From positions 14,770 through 78,769 of the forward strand of contig JAIPHA010000002.1 in assembly GCA_021735445.1 (NCBI GenBank): a stretch of 64,000 bases of DNA, in the 5' to 3' direction. Positions 19,995 to 29,388 of this stretch are shown here, in pieces; position 1 is the first letter of the stretch, and every line of letters starts with the position of its first letter. The notes beneath the pieces are model-generated. The model was not told where the DNA came from. It worked only from the letters and a program-made list of their open reading frames with translations, and ran no database searches. The position numbers and the translations under genes were made by a program. This DNA is from Candidatus Omnitrophota bacterium (GTDB lineage Bacteria > Omnitrophota > Gorgyraeia > Duberdicusellales > 4484-171).

Positions 19995-20632
19995 CTTTTT
20001 TGATAGTTTTCTATTAAATTTATGATTTTTTTCCGTAATCCTTCTAAAGTATGTGTATAGGGATCAAGATAAGAAATTTGTTCACCTAACTGCCTGAACC
20101 CATTATCTTTTAACCAGCGGGAAAAGTCATTTTCGCCCTTTTGCAACCTCATTTTTGCCTCAAACATGTGAAAATAAAAGGAATGTATTGTAATTTTTTT
20201 TAGGCAATTTAGGAAATCTTCTAAATTATGCGCTTGAAAGGGTGTGCTTAAGATAAACATTTTTGAAGACATAAAATGAAATTCTTCACCAGGTATGCAA
20301 TTACGCAATGAAGAATTATCAAGAAGATACTTTTGGATTATTTCGACAAATTTGTTTCTTAAAAGTTCTATATCCTTAAATTCAAACATCTCTACACTGG
20401 CAATGATCTCACCTAATTGTTTTAAGCCCAAAGAAGTTGTTATCCAATAACTAAAATCATTAGGGTGCTCGGGTGAAAAAAATATATGTTGTTCTAGAAA
20501 TCGGTGAGTATGATGGTAAATACTGGCTGAAGAAATTTGTTTTATCTCTATCAGTAATTCTTCCAAATTTTTAGCCCTCTTGCCGAGAAGCTCAATCTGA
20601 TTGATTCGAGTTCTGAAAATAAAAGGGTTCAT
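19991..20632 (-). CDS. Hypothetical protein (213 aa), translationally coupled to the TreT-like gene
   Basis: Clean ORF with a 4-nt overlap onto the downstream gene. No motif I can assign; internal two-fold repeat-like pattern (..HHTHRFLEQH.. / ..FYFHMFEAK..). Confidence 0.6.
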   Translation of the reverse strand: MNPFIFRTRINQIELLGKRAKNLEELLIEIKQISSASIYHHTHRFLEQHIFFSPEHPNDFSYWITTSLGLKQLGEIIASVEMFEFKDIELLRNKFVEIIQKYLLDNSSLRNCIPGEEFHFMSSKMFILSTPFQAHNLEDFLNCLKKITIHSFYFHMFEAKMRLQKGENDFSRWLKDNGFRQLGEQISYLDPYTHTLEGLRKKIINLIENYQKR

Positions 20633-20658
20633 TGTCTTAGTATTTTATGGCTTATTCA

Positions 20659-22122
20659 TTAAGGCAGGTCTGAGATAAGGTTGCCAATCCAATTCCAGAT
20701 ATCATCTTGGTATATACTTTCCCGGAGTTTTTTCATCCTCTTTTGCCTTTCTTTATTTTTCATAGATAACGCTTTAAATATTATCCTTGAAAACTCTTCT
20801 GTATGATAGGGATTTACCATCAATGCCCCGTCCAGTTGCCGGCTAGCGCCGGTAAAGTGGCTCAATACTAACATCCCGCCTAAATCAAACTTTGAAGACA
20901 CAAATTCTTTAGCTACTAAATTCATTCCATCGTGAAGTGAGCTGACAATGCAAATATCAGCAATCTGGTAAAAAGACAATACTTCCTTAAAATCAAGGTG
21001 CCTGCGCACAAAAGTTATCGGCCTCCAATGGCCTTTGGAATGCTTAAAATTAACTTGTTCCACTAAACTGTTTACTTCTTCATTTAATTTTTTATATTGA
21101 GGTAAATGGATTCGGGAAACTTCCCCCATCTGGATAAATTTTATTTTTCCTTTCAATTCAGGCTGTTTATCGAGAAGGCAATCTATGGCTTTAATCCGCT
21201 CGATTATTCCTTTTGTATAATCTATTCTATCTAGGCCAATTATAATTTTATATCCTTCTAAATTGAATTCTTTGGCCAATTCTTTCGACATCTCCTGGAC
21301 TTCTCTGCTTTTTGATTCTTCGGTTATTCCGTCAAAATCAATACTTATCGGATAACCTCCTACTTTTGAAATATGGCCCCGGTAACGCACTGTATCATTT
21401 TCTTTATCTACCTGAGCTTCTACTTCGGAAGCTATCGCTTCTAGGAAATTTGTGCCAAAATAACCAATATGGAATCCAATTAAATCATAAGAAAGCATAC
21501 TTTTTAAAATTTCTTTTCTTTGTGGCAAAATTCTAAAAATATCATAGGTAGGCCAGGGAATATGCCAAAACATAATAGTTCTTACTTGAGGGTCGCTTTG
21601 TTTTAAATATTTACTTACCAAAGAAAGATGATAGTCATGGATAAAAACAACTGCCTTTTTCCCTTTTATTTGCTGGCTAATATTTTTAGCATACTTTTTA
21701 TTTACCTTTTTATAAATTTGCCAATCTTGGTTCCGGAAAACCGGTTTCATAAAAACTAAGTGAGAAAGCGGCCAGAGAGCTTGGTTAGAAAACCCATAAT
21801 AATAACCAATATTTTCTTGTTTGGTAAGCCAAATATATTTTAAGGTATAGGCCGGATTTTTAGGCGGCACTTTTACTTTCCCGTTTTTTGCAACTAATTT
21901 ATCTGCCTCTCCAGCTCCGGAACAAACCCATGTCCCCCCTAAACTCTTCATCACCGGGTCTAAAGCAGTAATCACACCACCTGGCCCCCGGGTTGCTACA
22001 ACTTTTCCTTTTTTAAGATTATGGATATAAGGTTGCCGGTTAGACACAGTTATAAATTTATGTTCAGGAAAATTTCGCTTAAGAATCTCATTTACTTTTT
22101 GCTTGTCCCAAGTTCTGATCAT
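20659..22122 (-). CDS. otsA: Alpha,alpha-trehalose-phosphate synthase (GT20)
   Basis: 487 aa, VSNRQP..GGV..ALWPLSH..IHDYHL..SLHDGMNLVAKEF motifs of OtsA. Confidence 0.88.
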   Translation of the reverse strand: MIRTWDKQKVNEILKRNFPEHKFITVSNRQPYIHNLKKGKVVATRGPGGVITALDPVMKSLGGTWVCSGAGEADKLVAKNGKVKVPPKNPAYTLKYIWLTKQENIGYYYGFSNQALWPLSHLVFMKPVFRNQDWQIYKKVNKKYAKNISQQIKGKKAVVFIHDYHLSLVSKYLKQSDPQVRTIMFWHIPWPTYDIFRILPQRKEILKSMLSYDLIGFHIGYFGTNFLEAIASEVEAQVDKENDTVRYRGHISKVGGYPISIDFDGITEESKSREVQEMSKELAKEFNLEGYKIIIGLDRIDYTKGIIERIKAIDCLLDKQPELKGKIKFIQMGEVSRIHLPQYKKLNEEVNSLVEQVNFKHSKGHWRPITFVRRHLDFKEVLSFYQIADICIVSSLHDGMNLVAKEFVSSKFDLGGMLVLSHFTGASRQLDGALMVNPYHTEEFSRIIFKALSMKNKERQKRMKKLRESIYQDDIWNWIGNLISDLP

Positions 22123-22595
22123 TTTAAATCCTTAATAGTATTATAAAAAGCCTGATAAACATCCCTTCTCCCAATTATTCCTACAATTTTTTTACCTTGT
22201 AGAACAGGTAAAGTATGCACATTTTTATACTTCATAGTGGAAATAATTTCATCGAGATTTGTGCTTTTTTTAACAGTCACAACTTGTTTCGACATCGCAT
22301 AGCTCACCTTCGGATCTGATTTTGTATTTGAATTTTCTTCAATTACATTGCCGGATTCGATCATATCCATGACTAAAAATAAATCATGGTCCACGATAAT
22401 TCCTGTTAATTTTTTATTCTTATCTAAAACAGGCAACCCGCTTATTCTTTTTTTGATCATGATTTTTGCAACTTCAGACAAGGTCTTGTCTTCTCCAATG
22501 GTTACAACTGTTTTAGTCATAATGTCTTGTGCTTTAATATCTTTTAGTCTCTTTTTTAAAATATCTGAGAAACTTTGTTTCTTCTTTTTTGCCAT
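22119..22595 (-). CDS. CBS domain pair protein
   Basis: Two CBS repeats (..ISGLPVLDKNKKLTGIIVDHDL.. and ..VHTLPVLQGKKIVGIIGRRDV..); 4-nt overlap with otsA. Confidence 0.8.
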   Translation of the reverse strand: MAKKKKQSFSDILKKRLKDIKAQDIMTKTVVTIGEDKTLSEVAKIMIKKRISGLPVLDKNKKLTGIIVDHDLFLVMDMIESGNVIEENSNTKSDPKVSYAMSKQVVTVKKSTNLDEIISTMKYKNVHTLPVLQGKKIVGIIGRRDVYQAFYNTIKDLK

Positions 22596-22607
22596 TATCG
22601 CCTCCCA

Positions 22608-25466
22608 TTATTTTTTTAATATTTTCTGAACTGAATTAACCAAAAATTTAACTTCTTTTTTCTTGCTTACAAAGTCTTCTGCCCCTAATTTTTTGAAAGT
22701 ATTCTTCATGCCTTCTTTACCGGAATAAATTACAATCGGAATATCCGCAAAATCTTTTGATTTCTTAATCTCTTTAAATAATTGAAATCCTGTCATTCCT
22801 CCGGAAAGGTTTATAGAAATAATTATTAAATTAATCCACTCCGATTTTAAAATCTGCAGAGCTTCTGTGCCTTGAATAGCTCTCTGAACCAAATAGCCTC
22901 TATCTTCTAATTGAGTTTCTAAAACCGCAGCTGAACTCGTATCTCCGTCAACAATTAATACCCTTTTGTATGCCATCTTTTTCCTCTTTTTTGCGGGAAT
23001 TTCTTTTCTCTTTTTCTTAAAAGGCAATTTATATTTTCTGCCTATACAGAGGTTATATAGCTTTCCTGATACTTCAACCGGAACTGCACAAAACTTTGAT
23101 TTTCTTCCCTTTATGTATATCTTAATCTGACTGCCTTCTAAAGCAATAAAAACTTGATAACCTTGATAATAAAAATTATATTTAATTTTAGTTAATTTTT
23201 TCGGAGGATTAGGGTTTATCCTGATTCTATTTTCAAAAGGCCGCACTCCGCAAAAACCACGCATAACCATATCCACTGAGCCTCCCATAACCCCGGCGTG
23301 AATCCCTTCAGGCGTGGTACCGCCTTGAGTATCATAAATATCAGATTTAAGGACCTGCTGGAACCAATACCAGTCTTGGCCCTTTTTTTCAATTAAATTA
23401 GATAAATAACAATGCACCACTTTACTCAAGGTAGAACCGTGGGAAGTCCTTTTTATATAATAATTATAATTTTTCGCTAAAATTTTTCGGTTCATTTTAT
23501 ACCCTAATCTGGCAAAAATTTTCTCCACTTCAAAAAAAGGAATTAAATAAAAAATCATTAAGGCATCGGCTTGTTTTGCCACTTTGTATTCATCAGGAGA
23601 TTTACCTTCTGCTTTCAAAATTCTATCCATTCTTTTAATGTTTTTATATTTTTTACGGTAATAATTCCAATTTAATTCCTTTAATCCAAAATAACCATCA
23701 AATTGAGCAATTATCTGATTTTTGTTAATTACAAGATTCATTGCCTTAGTTATCTTATCCCAGTGTTTGAGATCTGTTTCTGTAATATCTAGTTTATTCA
23801 ATATTCTCATTTTTTGATGCTCAGGAATCACCGAAAAAATCCTCAAAGTCTTTAATAAAGTCCAGACAATTAAAACATTAGTATAAGCATTATCCCGGAA
23901 TCCTCCTTTTTTTGCTCCTGGCATTTTTTCATGAAATTCATCTGGGCCCATTAGGCCCTCGGTATGGAAACGGCCGTCTTTTTTATCAAATTTTGCTAAA
24001 GTTGCCCCAAATTGAGAAATTGCCGCAAGCATTTCCACTCCGTAGGAAATCATAAAATTTAAATCAGCAGTTCTTTCCCAGTGCCGCCAAATATTATAAG
24101 CGATATCAAAAGAAATGTGCCTTTGAATCCGGCTATAATCAGGGCCCCATTTCCCCGATAAAGGGTTTAAATGGATAACTTGTGATTCCTCTTCTCCCGT
24201 AGCTGAGCTCTGCCAAGGAAACATTGCCCCCGAAAAACCTGCATCCTCTGCTGCTTCTTTGGCAGGAAGCAGCCGCCGGTACCGATACAAAAGAAGAGAT
24301 TGGGTTACCTCCGGCAGGTGGGCATCATAAAAGGGGGTAGTAAAGATTTCATCCCAAAAGATGTGCCCCCGGTATGCTTCTCCGTGGAGGCCGCGAGCCG
24401 GAAGCCCCGTATCAAGATTAACTGTATTTGGAGAAGCAGTCTCCAGCAAATGAAAAGTATGTAATCTCATCACTTTCTGGGTAAATTTAGAATTATTTAT
24501 ATCCAGATCAAATTTATTCCATAAAGATTGCCAGGCTTTTTTCTGTGTTTGAGCTATTTTTTTAAACCGATGCGCAGACTTAAGAGAATTTTTCATAGCT
24601 TGCATCGGATCCCCCACATCTCTATCTTTAGAAGTATAAATAGCGACTATTTTTTCGAATTGATAGGTTTGTTTCTTTTTAAAATCTAATTCAAATTCTT
24701 TATAAATTGATTTTTTTTCTTTTTTGGTTTTTTCTGATTGTGGCTTTATCTTTTTGCCGGCTGGATTAAAAACATTTATTTTTGCCGCTTCAAAAATAAT
24801 TATCTTTGACTGGCTGGTTTTAGCTTTTAAATAAATACAATTATTGGAAAAAGAATTAACTGTGACAGACTTAAGGTGTTTTGAGTTAAGCTCTCGGTAG
24901 CGAGCGACTCCGTTATTTTCTACATCTCCATCCAGGCCGGCGCGAACGGTAACTCTCCCTTGATAATTTTCCGGTTTAATTTGATATTTAATTGCGGCTC
25001 GGTGGCAATCGGCCATATGTACTAATCTTTCTTCGCTAATAGTTGTTTTTTTCTTACCTTGGGTCGAGAAAGTTACTGTTCTTTTTAGTATCCCGGTTTT
25101 TAGGTTAAGTTCTTGATGCCATTTATGAATCTTTTCTGCGGCAGGATTTATCCAATCGCCTTTTCCGATTTTAAAGGTAATTGGAAGCCAATTAGGACAA
25201 TTCACCAGATCTTCATTTTTTATCAGTTTTCCGGCAATACGCGTTCCTAATTTATTGTAGGCACCTGTTATATATGTACCGGGATAATGGATTCGGGAGG
25301 CAGAACATTCCGAAGTTGCGCCTCTGGTCCCAAAATAACCGTTACCAAGGGCACAAAGCGCTTCCCTTAGCCTCTCTTGCTGAGGTTTAAAAGAACTGTA
25401 GGTAAGCTTCCAACTAGAACTTACTCTCTTTTTTTTATTCCCCTTAGTTTTTAATGATTTGCTCAA
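22608..25466 (-). CDS. GH65 glycoside phosphorylase (trehalose/kojibiose/maltose phosphorylase family) fused to a C-terminal CheY-like receiver domain
   Basis: 952 aa. N-terminal ..ALGNGYFGTRGA.. and a GH65 catalytic core of ~830 aa. Lys-rich linker, then RVLIVDGD..IIISINLSGGMTG..IVIYSG..FVSKK receiver fold. Confidence 0.85.
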   Translation of the reverse strand: MSKSLKTKGNKKKRVSSSWKLTYSSFKPQQERLREALCALGNGYFGTRGATSECSASRIHYPGTYITGAYNKLGTRIAGKLIKNEDLVNCPNWLPITFKIGKGDWINPAAEKIHKWHQELNLKTGILKRTVTFSTQGKKKTTISEERLVHMADCHRAAIKYQIKPENYQGRVTVRAGLDGDVENNGVARYRELNSKHLKSVTVNSFSNNCIYLKAKTSQSKIIIFEAAKINVFNPAGKKIKPQSEKTKKEKKSIYKEFELDFKKKQTYQFEKIVAIYTSKDRDVGDPMQAMKNSLKSAHRFKKIAQTQKKAWQSLWNKFDLDINNSKFTQKVMRLHTFHLLETASPNTVNLDTGLPARGLHGEAYRGHIFWDEIFTTPFYDAHLPEVTQSLLLYRYRRLLPAKEAAEDAGFSGAMFPWQSSATGEEESQVIHLNPLSGKWGPDYSRIQRHISFDIAYNIWRHWERTADLNFMISYGVEMLAAISQFGATLAKFDKKDGRFHTEGLMGPDEFHEKMPGAKKGGFRDNAYTNVLIVWTLLKTLRIFSVIPEHQKMRILNKLDITETDLKHWDKITKAMNLVINKNQIIAQFDGYFGLKELNWNYYRKKYKNIKRMDRILKAEGKSPDEYKVAKQADALMIFYLIPFFEVEKIFARLGYKMNRKILAKNYNYYIKRTSHGSTLSKVVHCYLSNLIEKKGQDWYWFQQVLKSDIYDTQGGTTPEGIHAGVMGGSVDMVMRGFCGVRPFENRIRINPNPPKKLTKIKYNFYYQGYQVFIALEGSQIKIYIKGRKSKFCAVPVEVSGKLYNLCIGRKYKLPFKKKRKEIPAKKRKKMAYKRVLIVDGDTSSAAVLETQLEDRGYLVQRAIQGTEALQILKSEWINLIIISINLSGGMTGFQLFKEIKKSKDFADIPIVIYSGKEGMKNTFKKLGAEDFVSKKKEVKFLVNSVQKILKK

Positions 25467-27054
25467 ACAACTCCTTGGCTTGATCCGGTGAATTTACCTT
25501 AAAATGCGCTAAAGAGTTTTTATCAATACCTGATACAAGAATACCTGTGCCTCTGGTCCTTATTGCCGAAAAAGCAAATTCATCGGTAGTATCATCTCCA
25601 ATATAAACTATAGAGGTATTTTGCCAATCAACCTTCATCGACTTAACGATCCACCTTATCGCTTTTCCTTTGTCCCATTCCATATTCGGTAATAATTCAA
25701 AAACTTTTTTCCCCGATAAGAGCCTTAAATCTTTTTCATTTTCTGCAATAATCGAATCTACTGTTTCTTTTATCCTGGCTACCTGGTTTTCTTCCTTAAC
25801 CATCCGATAGTGGATTGCTACACTAAATTTCTTAGCTTCGATTATTACTCCTTCTATCCGGCCTAATTTCAAATGAAGATTTGCAATAATTTTTTCAACT
25901 AAAGGGATCACCTCTTTGGCTTTAGGCTGTATTACTTCAAAATCGGGCCCTTTTATATCAAAACCATGGCTGCCAGCATAAAATAAACCTTCAATGCCAA
26001 CTAAGTTTTGAACATCTTCTCTCATTCTCCCGCTTACAATAGATACTGGAAATTTTTGTGAGAGTTTTTTTACAATATCCTGCATCGAATCTGAAATCTT
26101 AGCCATTTCCGGCCGATCAACTATTGGTGTAAGGGTCCCGTCATAATCGAGAAAAAAAATAACTTTTTCTTTACCAAACAAAGCCTCTTTGACGGACCGC
26201 TTATAAGAGGAATTAACTAATATTTTTTTATCTTGCTCAAAATCCACTACTTTGTCTTGATAGGGTTTATCTAACTTATCCCAGGCAGAAAAGAGAGGTA
26301 CTGGTTTCCGGCTAAACCAATCATCTATTAATCCCAAACCGATATTGGCAAAATTTGAAATTACAATATCGGCTCCTTGTTTAGCTAACTCTTTTTCGTT
26401 ATCGCGGCGCGCTACACCCAAAACTAACCCGAAACTACCATTTCTTCCCGCTTGTACTCCGGATACTGCATCTTCGATGATCATTGATTCTAAAGGCTCG
26501 GCCCCCAAATTTCTTGCTGCTGTTGTAAAAATATCTCCTTCTGGTTTACCGGTTAACCCTAATTTTGCTGAAATTACCCCGTCAACTCGAGTTTCAAATA
26601 AATCAAGGATTCCTGCCGTTTCTAATATTGGCTTGCAGCTCTTAGAAGAAGAGGCGACACCAATTTTTACTCCTTTATTTTTTAAAGCTTTAATAAAGGT
26701 AATTGCATTTTCATAAACTTTAGGTTTTTCTTTTTGTAAAACTTCTAAAAAACGTTCATTTTTCTTATTCCCTAAACCGCAAACCGTTTCTTTACCCGGC
26801 TCATCTTCTGGGCTTCCAAAAGGAAGATCAATATCCCGTGATTTTAAAAAACTTCTTACTCCTTCATATCTCGGCTTTCCATCTACGAATTCAAGGTAAT
26901 CTTCTGGTTTTCTAAATTCTTTAAAAGGTTTATTATCCCTTTCCTCGCACAGACGCAAATATTCATCAAACATTTCTTTCCAAGCTTCTTCATGAATCAA
27001 GGCGGTTTGCGTTATGACTCCGTCTAAATCAAAAATAGCTGATTTTGGTAACAT
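25444..27054 (-). CDS. Beta-phosphoglucomutase-like HAD domain fused to trehalose-6-phosphate phosphatase domain
   Basis: N-terminal FDLDGVITQT..GVASSS..GKPEGDIF..IEDAVSGVQAG (beta-PGM type). C-terminal FFLDYDGTLTPIV..IVSGR..GSHG..YIGDDTTDEFAF (OtsB type). Start moved to ATG 27054 (MLPKSAIFDLDG). 23-nt overlap with the GH65 gene. Confidence 0.8.
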   Translation of the reverse strand: MLPKSAIFDLDGVITQTALIHEEAWKEMFDEYLRLCEERDNKPFKEFRKPEDYLEFVDGKPRYEGVRSFLKSRDIDLPFGSPEDEPGKETVCGLGNKKNERFLEVLQKEKPKVYENAITFIKALKNKGVKIGVASSSKSCKPILETAGILDLFETRVDGVISAKLGLTGKPEGDIFTTAARNLGAEPLESMIIEDAVSGVQAGRNGSFGLVLGVARRDNEKELAKQGADIVISNFANIGLGLIDDWFSRKPVPLFSAWDKLDKPYQDKVVDFEQDKKILVNSSYKRSVKEALFGKEKVIFFLDYDGTLTPIVDRPEMAKISDSMQDIVKKLSQKFPVSIVSGRMREDVQNLVGIEGLFYAGSHGFDIKGPDFEVIQPKAKEVIPLVEKIIANLHLKLGRIEGVIIEAKKFSVAIHYRMVKEENQVARIKETVDSIIAENEKDLRLLSGKKVFELLPNMEWDKGKAIRWIVKSMKVDWQNTSIVYIGDDTTDEFAFSAIRTRGTGILVSGIDKNSLAHFKVNSPDQAKELFEQIIKN

Positions 27055-27119
27055 TCTTCTCCTGTTTTTATTTATATTTTTCCTGAAAAAATGCGAATCT
27101 TTATTATAACATAAAAAAA

Positions 27120-27407
27120 TTAAGCAGCAAATCCCACCAGAAATATCCCGATACAAAGATAAATAAGCGCAAATCCGCGAAAAATAGCTATAGACTTATC
27201 CCCAATAAAATTTTTGATTTTATCCGAAGTCTTCGCAAGCAAATAAAATAGGCCTTTAATCAGCAAAAAAATAGCGGTAATTATTAACAATTTCAAAAAC
27301 ATCACCTCTGCTTTAAAGATTAATGCTCCTAACCAAAAAAATACAGGCAATAATAAAAATATAGCACCACAAATAATCCAAAACCAACCCACAATTGTTA
27401 AAATCAT
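27120..27407 (-). CDS. Small hydrophobic protein (about 3 TM segments)
   Basis: 95-aa ORF, almost entirely hydrophobic; no recognisable family. Confidence 0.45.
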   Translation of the reverse strand: MILTIVGWFWIICGAIFLLLPVFFWLGALIFKAEVMFLKLLIITAIFLLIKGLFYLLAKTSDKIKNFIGDKSIAIFRGFALIYLCIGIFLVGFAA

Positions 27408-27463
27408 AGCTTCTCCTTTCCCTTATTGTTTTTTTCTTTGATCAATCCTCCTAAAATAAAGAT

Positions 27464-28522
27464 TTATTTTTCAAAAAGCTTCTTATATTGGCTATAGCCT
27501 TCTTCATCTAGTTTCTCTTTGGAAATAAACTCTAAAGCCGCTGAGTTAATGCAGTATCTTTTTCCTGTCGGTAGTGGCCCGTCATCAAATACATGGCCCA
27601 GATGAGAATCCGCTTCTTTGCTTCTTGCTTCGGTTCTTACTGTAAAAAATCCTCGGTCTTCCTTGGTCACTATATTTTCTTTTTCTAAAGGCTTCGTAAA
27701 ACTGGGCCAACCTGTTCCTGATTTAAATTTATCCGAAGATGAAAATAAAGGCTCCCCGGAGACAACATCTACATAAATTCCTTCTCTTTTATTATCCCAG
27801 TATTTATTATCGAAAGGTTTCTCCGTGCCATTTTCTTGGGTCACTTTATATTGCAAGGGTGTTAATATTTCTTTAAGTTTACTCTGAGAAGGTTTTTGAA
27901 AATCATTCGAGTTTTGCTTAAGGCCATCGTTTTTCCATTTTCGCTTCAGAAAAGGTTGCCGGCCGGAGAAAAATTTATATGATTTATACTTCAGAGGGTG
28001 TTTCTGGTAATAATTCTGATGATACTTTTCAGCTTTATAAAATTTTTTAGCTGCTTTAATTTCTGTAACTACCGGTTTTTCAAACTTTTCTGAATTTTCT
28101 AAATTTTTCTTTGATTCAAGCGCTGCTTCTTTTTGACTCTGATTATGATAATAAATAGCAGTTGTATATTGGTTGCCCCTGTCCGCAAATTGCCCGCCAG
28201 AATCAGTAGGATCAATTTGCCGCCAGTAAACTCGCAGCAGATCTTTGTAGCTCACTTTATCGGGATTATAAGTAACTTCTACGGCTTCCCTGTAGCCGGT
28301 TTCACCGGAAGATACCTCCTGATAAGTAGGATTTTCCTGGTCCCCACCCGTATAACCGGAAACAACTTCAACTGCTCCCTCTATTTTTTCAAAGGGAGCT
28401 TCCATACACCAAAAGCAACCTCCGGCAAAAGTAGCTTTTTGATAATTCTCTGAATTTGCATTTGTCATAAACCCTCCCAGCATAGCCAAGATACACATTA
28501 AACTTAATATAATTCTTTCCAT
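27464..28522 (-). CDS. msrAB: Bifunctional peptide methionine sulfoxide reductase MsrA/MsrB with signal peptide
   Basis: Signal-like N-terminus, MsrA GGCFWCME motif, C-terminal MsrB domain ending [17 protein letters not shown]. Confidence 0.9.
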   Translation of the reverse strand: MERIILSLMCILAMLGGFMTNANSENYQKATFAGGCFWCMEAPFEKIEGAVEVVSGYTGGDQENPTYQEVSSGETGYREAVEVTYNPDKVSYKDLLRVYWRQIDPTDSGGQFADRGNQYTTAIYYHNQSQKEAALESKKNLENSEKFEKPVVTEIKAAKKFYKAEKYHQNYYQKHPLKYKSYKFFSGRQPFLKRKWKNDGLKQNSNDFQKPSQSKLKEILTPLQYKVTQENGTEKPFDNKYWDNKREGIYVDVVSGEPLFSSSDKFKSGTGWPSFTKPLEKENIVTKEDRGFFTVRTEARSKEADSHLGHVFDDGPLPTGKRYCINSAALEFISKEKLDEEGYSQYKKLFEK

Positions 28523-28540
28523 CTATTTGCATCCTCGCCG

Positions 28541-28564
28541 ATTCCCACCTCCGAGGTGGAAATT
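28541..28564. repeat. CCACCT-NNN-AGGTGG hairpin family member (between ZIP gene and msrAB)
   Basis: ATTCCCACCT-CCG-AGGTGGAAAT, 9/10 bp stem. Confidence 0.7.
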
Positions 28565-28571
28565 TTAATGG

Positions 28572-29282
28572 TTATCCGATAATTTTTTGACCGATAATTC
28601 CTACTAAAAATCCCACAGATGCCCCTAAGGCCGGCCGCCAATTCTTTTCTATCTTTGCCAGAGGCGCAATGTCTTGAAAAGTAAGGTATAAAATCCCCGA
28701 AGCTGCAAAAAGCATCAAACCGGCAATTATTTTTGGATAGCCGCCAAGAAATAAATATCCTAAAATTGCCCCAACTACCCCGCAAAAACTCAGCGGAATA
28801 AAAATCAATAATGTTTTATTCTCAGAAATTCCGCTCTTTACTAAATCAGAAAATGAATTGAAGCTTTCGGGCAAGTTTTGAAGGCCGATAAAAATCGCAA
28901 GTAACAACCCTAATTTTTTCTCATGGGCAAAAACTGCTCCCAATGCTATGGCTTCCGGGATAAAATCCATCAGCATTGCCATCAACTGGGCTTTGGTCCC
29001 GCCTTTTCTACTGATAGCTTGGTCAAAAAGAAAAAAACAAACTGCTCCGCCTAAAAAAATTATTATAATTGCCAAAAGCGAAAGTTCTTTTATCCCCTTT
29101 GGCACCAACACTAAGGCTACCGCTGAAACCAAAATACCTCCACCAAACGCAACAATGCTATGTAAAAATTCTTCCTTTTTTTTGCTTTCAGGAAAATTTT
29201 CTATTTTCCGTAACAATCCCCCAAAAAATACTGTAACTCCCGATAAAAAGGAATATAAAATAATATCTGCTAAATCGCCCAT
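28572..29282 (-). CDS. ZIP family metal transporter
   Basis: 236 aa polytopic protein. GLQNLPESF corresponds to the ZupT HNxPEG motif (Q for H); DFIPEAIALG helix. Confidence 0.6.
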   Translation of the reverse strand: MGDLADIILYSFLSGVTVFFGGLLRKIENFPESKKKEEFLHSIVAFGGGILVSAVALVLVPKGIKELSLLAIIIIFLGGAVCFFLFDQAISRKGGTKAQLMAMLMDFIPEAIALGAVFAHEKKLGLLLAIFIGLQNLPESFNSFSDLVKSGISENKTLLIFIPLSFCGVVGAILGYLFLGGYPKIIAGLMLFAASGILYLTFQDIAPLAKIEKNWRPALGASVGFLVGIIGQKIIG

Positions 29283-29388
29283 AAAATCATTGTCTCTTAA
29301 CTAATTTTCCGCCTCCGAGTTAAAAACCGGTCAACTTAATTAATTTTATTATACCCAAAATAAAGCTTTAATTAAAGACTATTTTCAA

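Noticed and set aside
27055-27156. 34-aa N-terminal extension of the PGM/T6PP fusion given in the ORF track (start 27156)
   Set aside because: The extension (MYRDISGGICCLIFLCYNK..) overlaps the upstream small membrane-protein gene and precedes the conserved HAD motif I. The internal ATG at 27054 gives the canonical distance to FDLDG.
28504-28785. 93-aa minus-strand ORF overlapping the 3' part of the ZIP transporter gene and the msrAB start
   Set aside because: Different frame of the same strand as the ZIP gene, Arg/Cys/Ser-rich nonsense-like translation. It spans the intercistronic hairpin and has no independent support.
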